Part shown: piece after piece, positions 32,901 through 44,131 of the stretch
Position numbering within the stretch: the first letter of the stretch is position 1
Layout: every line of letters begins with the position of its first letter
Source: Flavobacteriales bacterium
GTDB taxonomy: Bacteria; Bacteroidota; Bacteroidia; Flavobacteriales_F; PHOS-HE28
Length of the DNA stretch: 64,000 nt
Assembly (NCBI GenBank): GCA_016713865.1
Contig: JADJOG010000045.1
Span: 34,898 to 98,897, forward strand
Direction: 5' to 3'
The notes under the pieces: model-generated
The model's input: only the letters and a program-made list of their open reading frames with translations
Told to the model about the DNA's origin: nothing
The model's database searches: none
Position numbers and translations under genes: made by a program

Positions 32901-35900
32901 CCTTGCGCTGGACGATCAGCAACGGGCCTTGCGGAAGCACGAACGACGATGTGGTGATCCTGAATTTCGACCCGAACAATCCTGTCGCCAACGCTGGCCC
33001 GGATCAGGAGATCTGTGTTCCTGTTGCGCCGAACGTGGTGTTCATGGCGGGTAGCCCGGTCACCTTCCCTGCGGTAGGCACATGGAGCGTTGTAAGCGGT
33101 CCGCCCGGCGCGGCCATCGCGAATGTGAATAGCCCGACAACGCAGATCGGGAACCTCACGGTTGGAACCTATGTGTTCAGCTGGACGGTTGACAACGGTC
33201 CATGCCCGAGCGGTATCACGACAGACAACATGACGGTGCGCGTGTTCGACTTCGGCAATCCCGCAGCGGATGCAGGCCCGGACATCTCGCTGTGCACCAC
33301 TGATGGTACAGTGACCATGGCGGGCAGCAACCTGATCAGCCCGGCTACCGGCCAATGGACCTTGGTGAGCGGCACTGGTGTGATCACGAGCCCTGGCAGC
33401 CCCACCACGACAGTTATCGGCCTGCAAGTGGGCCAAAGCATTTTCCAATGGACCGTTAGCAACGGACCCTGCAGTGGTGTGACCACGGATCAGATGAGCA
33501 TCTTCATCTACGATCCGAACAACCCGAACGCGAGCGCTGGACCGAACCAGGCTTTCTGCACACCGATCACCAGCACCACTATGGCCGGCAGCGCGGTCAC
33601 ATTCCCCGCGCAAGGCACATGGTCGCAAAGCGGCGGACCAGCAGCCACGATCGCCAGCCCCAACAGCCCCACCACGGCGATCACGGGATTGCAAGTAGGC
33701 GTGAGCCAATTCACCTGGACAGTGAACAATGGCGTGTGCCCCAACGGTGTCACCAGCAGCAGCATGACCATTACGCTGGCCGATGGTGATGCGCAGGCCG
33801 CCGCTGCCGGACCCGACCAGAGCGTTTGCGGCACGAGCAGCAGCGTGTTGATGGCGGCCAATGCGCCCACGGGTGTAGCTACCGCTAGTTGGAGCGTGGT
33901 TGCAGGAACCGGTTTCTTCAGCAACATCAACAGCCCCACCGCCACGGTAACGGGGATGAGCATTGGCTTGAACACATTCCGTTGGAGCATCGACAATGGC
34001 GCGTGCGGCATCACATCGGATCTGGTCGACATCTATGTGTACGATCCGAACAACCCAGTCGCGAATGCAGGTGCGGACCAGCAGCTGTGCACGCCCACCA
34101 CGAGCACCACGCTCACGGGCAGCAATTTGATTTTCCCCGCAGTGGGCCAATGGACCTTGGTGAGCGGCAGCGGCACTATTGCCAACCCCACCAGCCCCAG
34201 CACGGGCGTGAGCGGCTTGAGCATCGGCGCGAACGTGTTCCAATGGCAGGTGAACAATGGCGCTTGCCCCAGCCCCATCACCACCGATCAGGTAACGGTG
34301 TTCGTTTACGATAACGATGCGGCCGCGGCGAATGCCGGACCCGATATCGATGTGTGCACACCCACTAACAGCGTGAGCATGGCTGCCAACAGTCCGGTTG
34401 GCGTAGCGGTTGGGACTTGGACGCTCACCGGCGGCGCGGGCGGCACGGTAACCAATCCGAACAACCCGAACACCACGATCACCAACCTGCCCGTGGGCAC
34501 GCATACCTACGCTTGGACCATCGTGAACGGCAACTGCGCCACTACCAGCGATGAAATGGTTATTCGTGTGTTCAGCGCGCTGAACCCGAACGCCAACGCG
34601 GGCAACGATCAGCAGCTCTGCTTGCCTGCCACCACCACGACGCTGCAAGGCAGCAACGTGATAAGCCCGGCAACCGGGACGTGGACGCTGGTGAGCGGAA
34701 GCGGCACGCCCACCAACCCGGCTAACCCGAACAGCTTCGTGATCGGCTTGGCCGTTGGCGAGAACGTGTTCCAGTGGAACGTGAGCAATGGCCCTTGCGC
34801 CAACTCGCTCACAACGGATCTGGTGAGCGTATTCCTCTTCGATGATCAGCAGCCGCCTGCAGATGCTGGCGCCGACATTGAGATCTGCACGCCTGAGAGC
34901 GAAGTGACGCTCAGCGGCAACGATGTGATCTTCCCGGCAGAGGGCTTCTGGTTCCAAGTGAGCGGCTTCGGCACCATCACCGATCCGAGCGATCCCAACA
35001 CCACAGTTACCGGTCTGCCTGTTGGCGAGCACATTTTCCGGTGGGAGATCAGCAATGGTCCTTGCGGCGTGACGAATGATGATGTCGCCGTGCGTGTGTA
35101 CGATGTGAACAATCCTGTCGCGGATGCAGGGGCCGGATCAGGAGCTCTGCTTGCCGCAGACCAGCACCACCATGGCAGGCAGCAGCTTGATCTTCCCTGC
35201 CACGGGCCTATGGACGCTCGTGAGCGGACAAGGATCCATCGGCAGCCCCGGTTCGCCCACTACGGATATCACCAACCTGGCCGTTGGCGAGAACGTGTTC
35301 CAGTGGACGGTATTCAATGGCCCATGCAACGAGCCCACTGTTGATGTGGTGAGCATCTTCGTATTCGACGACCAGCAGCTTGATGCAGATGCTGGCGCGG
35401 ATCAGAGCCTATGCACGCCAACGAACGTCACCACGCTGTTCGGCAATGCGCTCACCTTCCCCGCCACGGGCACATGGACCTTGGTGAGTGGGCAGGGCAC
35501 CATCACTGATCCCGCTTCGCCGGTCACCACGGTTACCGATCTCGGTGTAGGCATCAATGTGTTCCGCTGGACGATCAGTAACGGACCGTGCCCCAACGGC
35601 CTCACGCAGGATGATGTGACCATCTTCCTGTTCGACCTGAACAATCCGCCCGCGAACGCAGGTCCGGATCAAGAGCTCTGCACGCCGCAGACCAGCACCA
35701 ACCTCGCGGGCAATACGCCCACGGTGCCTGCTATCGGCACCTGGTCGCTGATCAGCGGGCAGGGCGATATCACTGATCCGAACGATCCGAACACGCTGGT
35801 GACGAACCTGGCCGTGGGTGAGAACATCTTCCAATGGATCTTCGACAACGGGCCTTGTGAGACCAGCGGCAGCAGCGATCTGGTGAGCATCTTCGTTTAT

Positions 35901-38900
35901 CTCGATGAGAATCCTCTCGCGAACGCAGGACCAGATCAAGAGCTCTGCACGCCGAACATCACCAGCACCTTCCTGCAGGGCAGCGCCGTCACTTTCCCTG
36001 CGGTGGGCACATGGACATTGGTGAGCGGCACGGGCACCATCGCTCAGCCGAACAACCCCAACACGCAGGTATTCGATCTGGAGATCGGTTCCAGCGTATT
36101 CGAGTGGTCGGTTGACAACGGGCCTTGCGCAAGCGGCATCACCACCGATCAAGTGCTCATCGAGATCTTCGATGAGAACAATCCGAGCGCGAATGCAGGC
36201 GCTGATCAGAACCTGTGCACCAGCGATGGAACAACGGCTCAGTTGAGCGCCAGCGCGGTCACCTCGCCCGCGATCGGCACATGGACCCTTGTGCAGGGCC
36301 AAGGCACCTTCACGGATCCTAACGACCCCAACACCACGCTCACCAACATGGGCGTTGGCGTGATCGTGCTCGAGTGGTCCGTTGACAACGGCGCCTGCCC
36401 CAACGGTCTCACCAGCGACCAGCTCATCATCAACCTGTTCGACGAGAACAATCCGGTGGCCGATGCGGGTCCGGATCAAGAGCTATGCACGCCCACCGGA
36501 ACAACGATCGCCACCAACCTGCAAGGCAGCGCGATCATTGTTCCGGCATCCGGCACATGGACCGTTGTGAGCAGCACTGGCATTGTCCTGAACCCGAATG
36601 ACCCGAGCAGCGCTGTGGTCGGCCTTGGTGTCGGCGAGCACATCTTCCAATGGAGCGTGTTCAATGGCCCCTGCGACCCAAGCAGCACCACCGACATCGT
36701 GACCATCCGTGTTTATGATGAGAACAACCTCGATTCCGATGCGGGCCCTGATCAGCAAGTATGCACGCCGCTCACCAGCGCGACCATGGCTGGCAGCCCC
36801 ATCATCTTCCCTGCTGTTGGAACATGGACGCTGATCAGCGGGCAAGGCGACATCGCCGACCCCAACGATCCGAACACGGACATCACCAACCTCGGCCTCG
36901 GGGTGAACGAGTTCCAGTGGGAAGTGTACAACGGCAGCTGCCCCAACAGCCTCACGAGCGACCTGGTGACCATCACCTTGTTCGATGCCCAAGCACCTGC
37001 GGCTGATGCCGGGCCCGATCAAGAGCTCTGCTTCCCGATGATGCAGCAACCATCACGGGTAATGCACCGGTTGGAGCCGCCGTTGGCACATGGACGATCG
37101 TGAGCGGGCCAGGCAACATCACCGATGCGGCCTCGCCAGTGACCACTGTGACCAACCTGCTCGTTGGCGAGACCATCGTGCGCTGGACCATCACCAGCGG
37201 CGTGTGCGTGACCACCGACGACGAGGTGAGCATCCGTGTGTACGACCCGAACAATCCGCCGGCTTTCGCGGGCCTCGATCAAGAGCTGTGCGTGCCGCAG
37301 GACAGCGTGTTCATGGCAGGCAGCTCGTTGATCTTCCCCGCGGTGGGCACATGGAGCGTGATCGCTGGTGCGGGCACGCCGGTGAATCCGAACGATCCGC
37401 TCACGCTGATCGAGCAGATCGCCATCGGTGTGAATACTTACCAGTGGAGCGTCTATAACGGTCCCTGCGGAAGCAGTCTCGATGAAGTGAGCATCACGCT
37501 CTACGATGACACCACTGCTGCGGCCAATGCTGGTCCGGATATCGAGCTGTGCCTTCCCATCACCGACACCTTCCTGCAGGGCGAGCAGCCACCTGCTCCG
37601 GCCGAAGGGACTTGGACCTTGATCGCGGGCACGGGCTTCATTGTGAATCCCAACGATCCCAACACGCAGGTCACCGGACTTTCGCAGGGAACCAACGTGT
37701 TCGTGTGGACCCTTGAATGGGACCCCTGCCCCAACAACGGCATACTCACCGATACGATGGAGGTGCGCGTGTACAACCCGAACGCGCCATTGGCCGATGC
37801 CGGTCCGGACCAAGCGCTCTGCGATGCAACCAGCACCACGATGGTGGGCAATGTGCCCGAGGTTCCCGGTGTTGGAACTTGGACTCAGGTGCTCGGCGCC
37901 CCTGCAACCATCGTATCGCCTAACGATGCCGCAACGGCGATCACCGGCCTAGGTGTTGGCAGCTATCAGTTCGTGTGGGAGATCTACAACGGCCTTTGCG
38001 GCTTCGGACCGCCTAGCCGCGACACCGTGCAGGTTGATATCTACGACGGCGACGCTCCTGCAGCGCAAGCCGGCAACGACATCAGCTGGTGCACGCCCAC
38101 CAACAGCGCCGTACTCGTGGCCAATGATCCGGTATTCCCTGCGGTTGGCACCTGGACCTCGCTCTCCGGAACCGGCACCATTGCCGACCCGAACGACCCG
38201 AATACGGCTGTATTCAACCTCGGAGTGGGCCAGCACGATTTCCTGTGGACTATCGACAACGGCCCTTGCGGCAGCAGCAGCGACCAGATCAGCGTGTTCA
38301 TCTACGACGGTGATCAGGCTGCAGCCAATGCAGGTCCCGATCAACAGTTGTGCACGCCCACGACGAGCTCGACCCTGGCCGGCAACAGCGTCACCTTCCC
38401 CGGAACGGGTCAATGGAGCGTGATCGCGGGCACGGGCGCATTCGCCGATGCGAGCAACCCCAATACGGGCGTCAGCGGCCTTAGCATCGGCACCAACACC
38501 TTCCGCTGGAGCATCACGAATGGTCCGTGCGGCGATACGCAGGACGATGTGACGATCACGGTGTACAACGATGCGCAACCATCGGCGAATGCCGGTGCGG
38601 ATCAGCAGCTGTGCACGCCAACGAGCAGCACCAACTTGCAAGGCAGCGCGGTGACCTTCCCGGCAACCGGCAACTGGGTGTTCGTGCAGGGCAGTGCTAC
38701 CCTCAGCAGCTCCAGGCAGTCCCAATGCAACACTCAGCGGTCTCACCGTTGGAACCTATGTGCTGCAATGGGTGGTCGATAACGGACCGTGCGGCACCAG
38801 CACCGACAACGTGACCATTGAGGTCTTCGACGGAACAGCGGCTCCGGCGGCGGCTGGTCCGGATCAATCGTATTGCACGCCCATCACGCAGCAAGTGAGC

Positions 38901-39641
38901 ATGCTCGCCAGCGCGGTTGCTGCACCCGGCGTGGGTACATGGTCAATCGTAAGCGGCTCTGCAACCATCGCGCAGGACACCGATCCCTTCACTGTGATCA
39001 CCAACCTGGGCCTTGGGGCCAACGTGTTCCAATGGACCGTTGACAATGGCGCATGCGGCACCACCAGCGATCAGATCACGATCATGGTGTACGACCACAC
39101 CGTGCCTGCGGCGAATGCCGGTCCGAGCCAGCAGTTCTGCCAGGATGTGAGCACCACGACCCTCGGCGCAGTGCCCGCCACCAGCACCGCGAGCGGAAGC
39201 TGGAGCCTGTTGAGCGGCAGCGGCAACATTGAGCAGCCCGGCAACCCGAACAGCGCGGTCAACGGCCTTGCGCTTGGCTACAACGTGTTCCTGTGGACGC
39301 TGAACAACGGCGACTGCGGCACCACCACCGATACGATGACGGTGTATATCAAGGACTGCCTCACGATCAAGATCCCCGATGCCTTCTCACCCAACGGCGA
39401 TGGCACCAACGACGAGTTCGTGATCACCAACATCGAGAGCTATCCGAACAACACCTTCCAGGTATTCAACCGCTGGGGCAACAAGGTGTACGAGGCATCG
39501 CCTTACACCAACAAGTGGGACGGCACCAGCCAGTTCGGATCGGCATTCAAGGAAGGACTGCCGGAGAGCACCTACTACTACATCCTGGACCTCGGCAACG
39601 GCAGCGATGCCTACACCGGATTCATCTACCTGCGACGCTAA
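29906..39641 (+). CDS. giant cell-surface adhesin (SprB-like organisation) of ~3240 aa with about 32 tandem ~85-aa repeats and a C-terminal T9SS type B (gliding motility-associated) sorting domain, carrying 3 single-base frameshifts
   Basis: Signal peptide (IKPLIASLAALLLWQGEARA), a Cys-rich N-terminal domain, and repeats of consensus NAGPDQxLCxPxTSxTLAGN..FPAxGTWTLVSGxGTxxNPNSPTTxVTGLxVGxNVFxWTVxNGPC...TTDxVTIxVFD. The C-terminus is IPDAFSPNGDGTNDEFVI...VFNRWGNKVY...STYYYIL. Four ORF-track pieces (29864..35344, 35124..37103, 37100..38782, 38694..39641) are contiguous in homology, with 1-nt indels near 35128, about 37045 and about 38705. Confidence 0.75.
31120..39350 (+). repeat. in-frame tandem array of ~255-nt (about 85-aa) coding repeats inside the giant adhesin gene
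   Basis: The NAGPDQ / GTW(T/S)(L/V)VSG / NGPC landmarks recur at a period of about 255 nt. The copies differ at the nucleotide level by roughly 30-50%. Confidence 0.7.
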
Positions 39642-39684
39642 ATCATGCACGGGTGCGCGGTAACGTGCTCCAACAGATACACCG

Positions 39685-40620
39685 ATGAAGATGAGAACCG
39701 CCAAACGATGGATCGGCAGCGCGCTGGGGATGCTCCTGGGCACCGTGCTCCTGGCCCAGCAGGACCCGCAGTTCACCCAGTACATGTTCAACATGCTGGC
39801 GCTGAACCCGGCCTACGCTGGAAGCAGCGACCGCATCAGCTTGAAGGCGCTGAGCCGCCACCAATGGGTGGGCTTCGAGGGCGCGCCCACCACGCAGACG
39901 CTCACCATACACAGCCCGGTATTCAACGAGAGCTTCGCGCTGGGCGGCACCATCATGCGCGATGCGCACGGACCCATCACGCAATACACCTTCATGGTCG
40001 ATGCGGCCTATCGCATCTTCATGGGTGATCAGAAGCTCGCCTTCGGCCTCAAAGGCGGCCTCAACCTCTTCCAAGGGAAGTTCGCCGAGCTGAATCCGCA
40101 GACCGCGGGCGATCAAGTGTTCCAGCAGAACGTGAACTCGAAGCTCGATCCGCAATTCGGCTTCGGCATGATGTGGTACAGCGACCGCCACTATTTGGGC
40201 CTGAGCACTCCGAAGCTCCTGCGGACGGAATTCTTCAAGGAAGACTCCCTCGCCTTCGTGAGCTCGCCAGGGCAGCGCCCGCACTATTTCCTCACCGGCG
40301 GCTACGTGTTCGATCTCGGTCTCTACCACAAGTTCAAGCCCACCTTCCTCCTGAAAGCCGTGCAGGGCGCGCCCATGAGCTTCGACCTGAGCGCGAACGT
40401 GCTCTTCTATGAGAAGTTCTGGCTCGGCGCCATGTATCGTCACAAGGACAGCGTGGGCCTGATGGCGCAATACCACATCACCGACGATTTCACCGCGGGC
40501 TATGCCTACGACATCACGCTCTCGCCGCTGCGCAACTATAGCGGCGGCAGCCACGAGATCATGCTCGGGTATGAGTTCGGCAAGCGCGCCAAAGGAATCC
40601 GTTCACCACGCTACTTCTGA
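39685..40620 (+). CDS. PorP/SprF family type IX secretion system membrane protein
   Basis: The signal peptide then QQDPQFTQYMFNMLALNPAYAGS is the hallmark PorP/SprF N-terminus, and the ~310-aa beta-barrel size fits. It lies immediately 3' of the type-B CTD adhesin, as sprF does in the sprB operon. Confidence 0.8.
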   Translation: MKMRTAKRWIGSALGMLLGTVLLAQQDPQFTQYMFNMLALNPAYAGSSDRISLKALSRHQWVGFEGAPTTQTLTIHSPVFNESFALGGTIMRDAHGPITQYTFMVDAAYRIFMGDQKLAFGLKGGLNLFQGKFAELNPQTAGDQVFQQNVNSKLDPQFGFGMMWYSDRHYLGLSTPKLLRTEFFKEDSLAFVSSPGQRPHYFLTGGYVFDLGLYHKFKPTFLLKAVQGAPMSFDLSANVLFYEKFWLGAMYRHKDSVGLMAQYHITDDFTAGYAYDITLSPLRNYSGGSHEIMLGYEFGKRAKGIRSPRYF

Positions 40621-40622
40621 TC

Positions 40623-42800
40623 ATGAAGCAACGCATCCACATCCGGCTCGCCCTACTTGTACTGGCACTGGTGGCCGCACCAGCGCTGCGCGCGCAGAAG
40701 CTGCAGCAGCGCATGGCCGACCGTTACGCCGACGTTTTCGACTACAGCAGGGTGGCCGCCATATATGAGGACCTTGATGGCAAAGGCAAGAGCGACGCGG
40801 CCAGCCTGCGCCGTTTGGCTTTGGCTTACCGCAAGCTCGGCAACGCCCCCGCTGCTGAAGGCGCCTATCGCCGATTGATGATCACGCCCGGCCGCAATGC
40901 CGATGACATCCTCAACTTCGCTGATCAGCTGCGCGCCAATGGCAAGTACGGTGAAGCACTGGAGCAATATGCCATCTATGCGAAGGAGCGTCCGGACGAT
41001 ATGCGGGCACAAGGCTACCTGCGCAGTGAGAACCTCTTTTATAGGTTGAAGCGCGACAGCACCAGCGCTACCATCCGCCAACTCCCCATCAATAGCGCGG
41101 ATGCCGATCTGGGCGCTACCGTGATGGAGGAGCTGCTTGTCTTCAGCAGCGCGCGCGGCGATGGCGCCGGCGGCCGCCGCATGTACGCTTGGGACGATCA
41201 GCCCTTCCTGAACCTGCACACGGCGCTGCTGAAAGGGGAGACCGCTGAAGACCCGATCGTGATGCGCAATGATGTGAACAGCCGCTACCACGATGGCATC
41301 GCCAGCTTCGATTCACTGGCCAAGCGCATGTACTTCACCCGCAACCAGTATTACTACGGAGAGGTGAAGCGGAGCGAGCGCGGCGAGCTCAATCTGGGCA
41401 TCTACTTCACCGACGTTGTGAACGGCGAGTTCGGCCAGCTCGAATGGAGCAACCTCGTGCCCTTCGAGCATAACGATGAGAACTTCAGCACCGGTCATCC
41501 GCGCGTGAGCCCCGATGGCCGCCGACTCTATTTCGTGAGCGACCGTCCCGGCGGGATCGGCGGCACCGACATCTGGTTCTGCGACAACCTCGGCAACCAA
41601 TGGGGCGTGCCGCAGAATCTCGGCCCCAAGGTGAATACGCCGGGCGATGAGCTGCATCCGTACATCGCCGCGAACAACACGCTCTACTTCGCCAGCACGG
41701 GCCATCCGGGCCTCGGCGGTCTCGACCTCTTCTACACGCGCATCGGCGTGAACGGCCCGGGCAACGTGTTCAACATGGGCTATCCCATGAGCACGCGCTT
41801 CAATGATCACGGCCTACTGCTCATCAACGACAGCACGGGCTTCTTCAGCAGCGATCGAGCCGGCGGCCAAGGCAGCGACGACATCTATGGCTGCACCATC
41901 AGGCCGCCCATGATCCACCTCGCGGGCATCGTGATCGACAAGAACACACGCGAGCCCATCGAGGGCGCCACCATCCTGCTCAAGGATGAGAAGGGCCAGC
42001 ATGTGAAGCGCGCGCAGCTCGAGACCCTCGCTGGCGGCAAGTTCCGCATGGAGGCCGAGTACCACGAGAAGTACCTGCTGGTGGCCACGGCCAGCGGCTA
42101 CTACCAGACCGAGCTGGCGATCAGCACCAACGAGGATCCGCTGGAGGATATCGTGGTGGAAATGGTGAAGTACGACTATGCCGCCGAGGGCACCGTGTTC
42201 GACGGCGAGACGAATGCTCCGTTGGCCGGGGCCACCGTGGTGCTCACCGATGCCAAGGGCGAAGAAGTCGGCCGCGTGACCACCGATGCCACCGGCACTT
42301 ACCACTTCCCCTTGCTGAAGGACAGCGACTACAAATTGCAGGCGGAGAAGGATGGCTACTTCAAGCAGAGCGCTCGCATAACGACCAAGGGCAAGCCCAG
42401 CGCGATCATCGTGACGGATTTCCGCCTCTTCCCGCTGAAGGTGGATCAAGTGGTGCGCCTGGAGAACATCTTCTACGACTACAATAAGTCGAACATCAGG
42501 CCCGATGCAGCGGTGGAACTGGATAAGCTGGTTCAGACGCTCAACGACAACCCGACGGTTCGCATTGAGCTGAGCAGCCACACCGATTGCCGCGGCAAGG
42601 ACGCATACAACCTGAACCTCTCCGAGAAACGCGCGAAGAGCGCCGTGGAATACTTGATCAGCCAAGGCATCGCGAAGGGCCGCTTGGTGAGCAAGGGCTA
42701 CGGCGAGAGCAAGCCGAGCGAGACCTGCGTTTGCGAGAAGTGCAGCGAGGATCAGCACCAGAACAACCGTCGCACCGAGTTCAAGGTGCTGAGCAAATAG
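40623..42800 (+). CDS. PorE-like outer-membrane protein (TPR, TolB-like beta-propeller, carboxypeptidase-regulatory-like domain and OmpA_C domain)
   Basis: Signal peptide, TPR helices (AYRKLGNAPAAEGAYRRL), WD40/TolB-like repeats (DGRRLYFVSDRPGGIGGTDIWF, LYFASTGHPGLGGLDLFY), a carboxypeptidase-regulatory-like beta domain (AGIVIDKNTREPIEGATILL), and a C-terminal OmpA domain (ELSSHTDCRGKDAYNLNLSEKRAKSAVEYL...NRRTEFKVL). Confidence 0.75.
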   Translation: MKQRIHIRLALLVLALVAAPALRAQKLQQRMADRYADVFDYSRVAAIYEDLDGKGKSDAASLRRLALAYRKLGNAPAAEGAYRRLMITPGRNADDILNFADQLRANGKYGEALEQYAIYAKERPDDMRAQGYLRSENLFYRLKRDSTSATIRQLPINSADADLGATVMEELLVFSSARGDGAGGRRMYAWDDQPFLNLHTALLKGETAEDPIVMRNDVNSRYHDGIASFDSLAKRMYFTRNQYYYGEVKRSERGELNLGIYFTDVVNGEFGQLEWSNLVPFEHNDENFSTGHPRVSPDGRRLYFVSDRPGGIGGTDIWFCDNLGNQWGVPQNLGPKVNTPGDELHPYIAANNTLYFASTGHPGLGGLDLFYTRIGVNGPGNVFNMGYPMSTRFNDHGLLLINDSTGFFSSDRAGGQGSDDIYGCTIRPPMIHLAGIVIDKNTREPIEGATILLKDEKGQHVKRAQLETLAGGKFRMEAEYHEKYLLVATASGYYQTELAISTNEDPLEDIVVEMVKYDYAAEGTVFDGETNAPLAGATVVLTDAKGEEVGRVTTDATGTYHFPLLKDSDYKLQAEKDGYFKQSARITTKGKPSAIIVTDFRLFPLKVDQVVRLENIFYDYNKSNIRPDAAVELDKLVQTLNDNPTVRIELSSHTDCRGKDAYNLNLSEKRAKSAVEYLISQGIAKGRLVSKGYGESKPSETCVCEKCSEDQHQNNRRTEFKVLSK

Positions 42801-42916
42801 CCTTCACCGTTATGGTCCGGGGTTAGGGGACCAAAGGGGGACGGACGGGTTGAGGCGTAAGCCGAGGCCCGTTCGTCGTTTTCAGGAGGTAGCGAAAGAT
42901 CCGCCTCGAAAAGATG

Positions 42917-43951
42917 CTACGCCCAAACTGGCGATCCCTCGGAGCAATTCCTGCACATCTCGATGCTGCTTCGTGAATGAAGCAGCGAGCGGCGGAACGT
43001 GTTGTAGGCATCGCTGCGCCACAGCTCGTTGAAACCATGCGTGCGCAGATCGCCAAGCACATGGTGCGCGTCCTTGTCGAAGCAGCAAGGGACCACGCGG
43101 CCATCCCAAGTGATCACGCAACTGTGCCACATCTTCCAGCAATTGTCCTCCAATCTGCTCTTCACTTCCCACACGCCCTGCGCATTGCGGCGGTAGCGCG
43201 CGTACTTGTCCTGCACGGGTATGAGCGGATGATCGTCCTTGGGGTCGTAGATCTGCGCGGTCTTCAGCCATAGCTCATCCACGCCCAGTTCGCGCCAGTT
43301 TGCGCGCCTCGGAATCTGGTGCTCGTTGGGTTTCACCACCAGGAACTGGAACACCACATGCGGCGTGCGGCTCTTCAGCCTGCGCTTCCACGCCACGATC
43401 CTGCGCGTGCCCTCGATCACTTTGGCGAGCTCGCCTTCGCGGCGGTACTGCTCGTAGGTCTCCTGTGTTGTGCCATCGAGCGAGATGATGAGTCGCGATA
43501 GGCCGCTGCGCACGGTGGCTTCGGCGCTGGCGTCGTCGATGAAGTGCGCATTGGTGCTGGTGGCGGTGTAGAGGCCGCGGTCGTGGGCATGCCGCACCAT
43601 GTCGAGGAAGCGCGGGTTGATGTAGGGCTCACCCTGGAAATAGAAGGTGAGGGCCCAGAGGTCGGGCGCCAGCTCATCGATCACGCGCGTGAAGAGCTCC
43701 TGTTTCAGGTTGCCGGTGGGGCGTGTGAAGCTGCGCAGACCGCTCGGGCATTCGGGGCAGCGCAGGTTGCAGGCCGTGGTGGGCTCGAAGCTGATGCTGA
43801 AGGGCATGCCGCCGATGCGCGGCTCCTTGCTCCGCTTGGCACGTTGGAAGCTGGTCCATAAGGCGGCGGCGTTGCGCAGGCGGCGCGGCGTGGCGTACCG
43901 GCTCCATTCGTAGGCATCACGCGCGCGTGCAAGCATCTGTCTAGGCCCCAT
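42917..43951 (-). CDS. radical SAM/SPASM domain protein
   Basis: FEPTTACNLRCPECPSG (CxxxCxxC) and a C-terminal Cys-rich SPASM-like region (CWKMWHSCVITWDGRVVPCCFDKD...CRNCSEG). The start is uncertain between the ATGs at 43951 and 43936. Confidence 0.7.
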   Translation of the reverse strand: MGPRQMLARARDAYEWSRYATPRRLRNAAALWTSFQRAKRSKEPRIGGMPFSISFEPTTACNLRCPECPSGLRSFTRPTGNLKQELFTRVIDELAPDLWALTFYFQGEPYINPRFLDMVRHAHDRGLYTATSTNAHFIDDASAEATVRSGLSRLIISLDGTTQETYEQYRREGELAKVIEGTRRIVAWKRRLKSRTPHVVFQFLVVKPNEHQIPRRANWRELGVDELWLKTAQIYDPKDDHPLIPVQDKYARYRRNAQGVWEVKSRLEDNCWKMWHSCVITWDGRVVPCCFDKDAHHVLGDLRTHGFNELWRSDAYNTFRRSLLHSRSSIEMCRNCSEGSPVWA

Positions 43952-44131
43952 GGGCTGGTGGGGCAAGGTATAGGCGGTGCGCCTCCAGCCTTTGCATTGA
44001 TCACATCCGTTCGTGGTGCAGGGCGCCTCTTTATCGACCAAACATCGACTGCCCGGGTCAACGGTCCACACGACTCGGGGGCATTCGTGCATTCATCCGC
44101 GAACACGCATCTTTAGCCTTTCACATCATCC

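Noticed and set aside
32684-35032. 782-aa and several 300-400-aa minus-strand ORFs inside the giant adhesin gene (also 31528..32550, 35409..36479, 37949..38746)
   Set aside because: The sense strand shows a continuous repeat architecture ending in the T9SS CTD. The antisense ORFs are repeat-generated and Arg/Ala/Gly-rich.
31120-39350. Regularly spaced repeats that might be taken for a CRISPR array
   Set aside because: The period is about 255 nt and the repeats are coding, in frame and only about 50-70% identical to each other. There are no short identical direct repeats with unique spacers.
39643-40554. 303-aa ORF antisense to the PorP/SprF gene
   Set aside because: The sense strand has the hallmark PorP/SprF N-terminal motif. 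The antisense ORF is unsupported.
41814-42758. 314-aa ORF antisense to the PorE-like OmpA gene
   Set aside because: The sense strand carries a canonical OmpA_C domain. The antisense ORF is unsupported.
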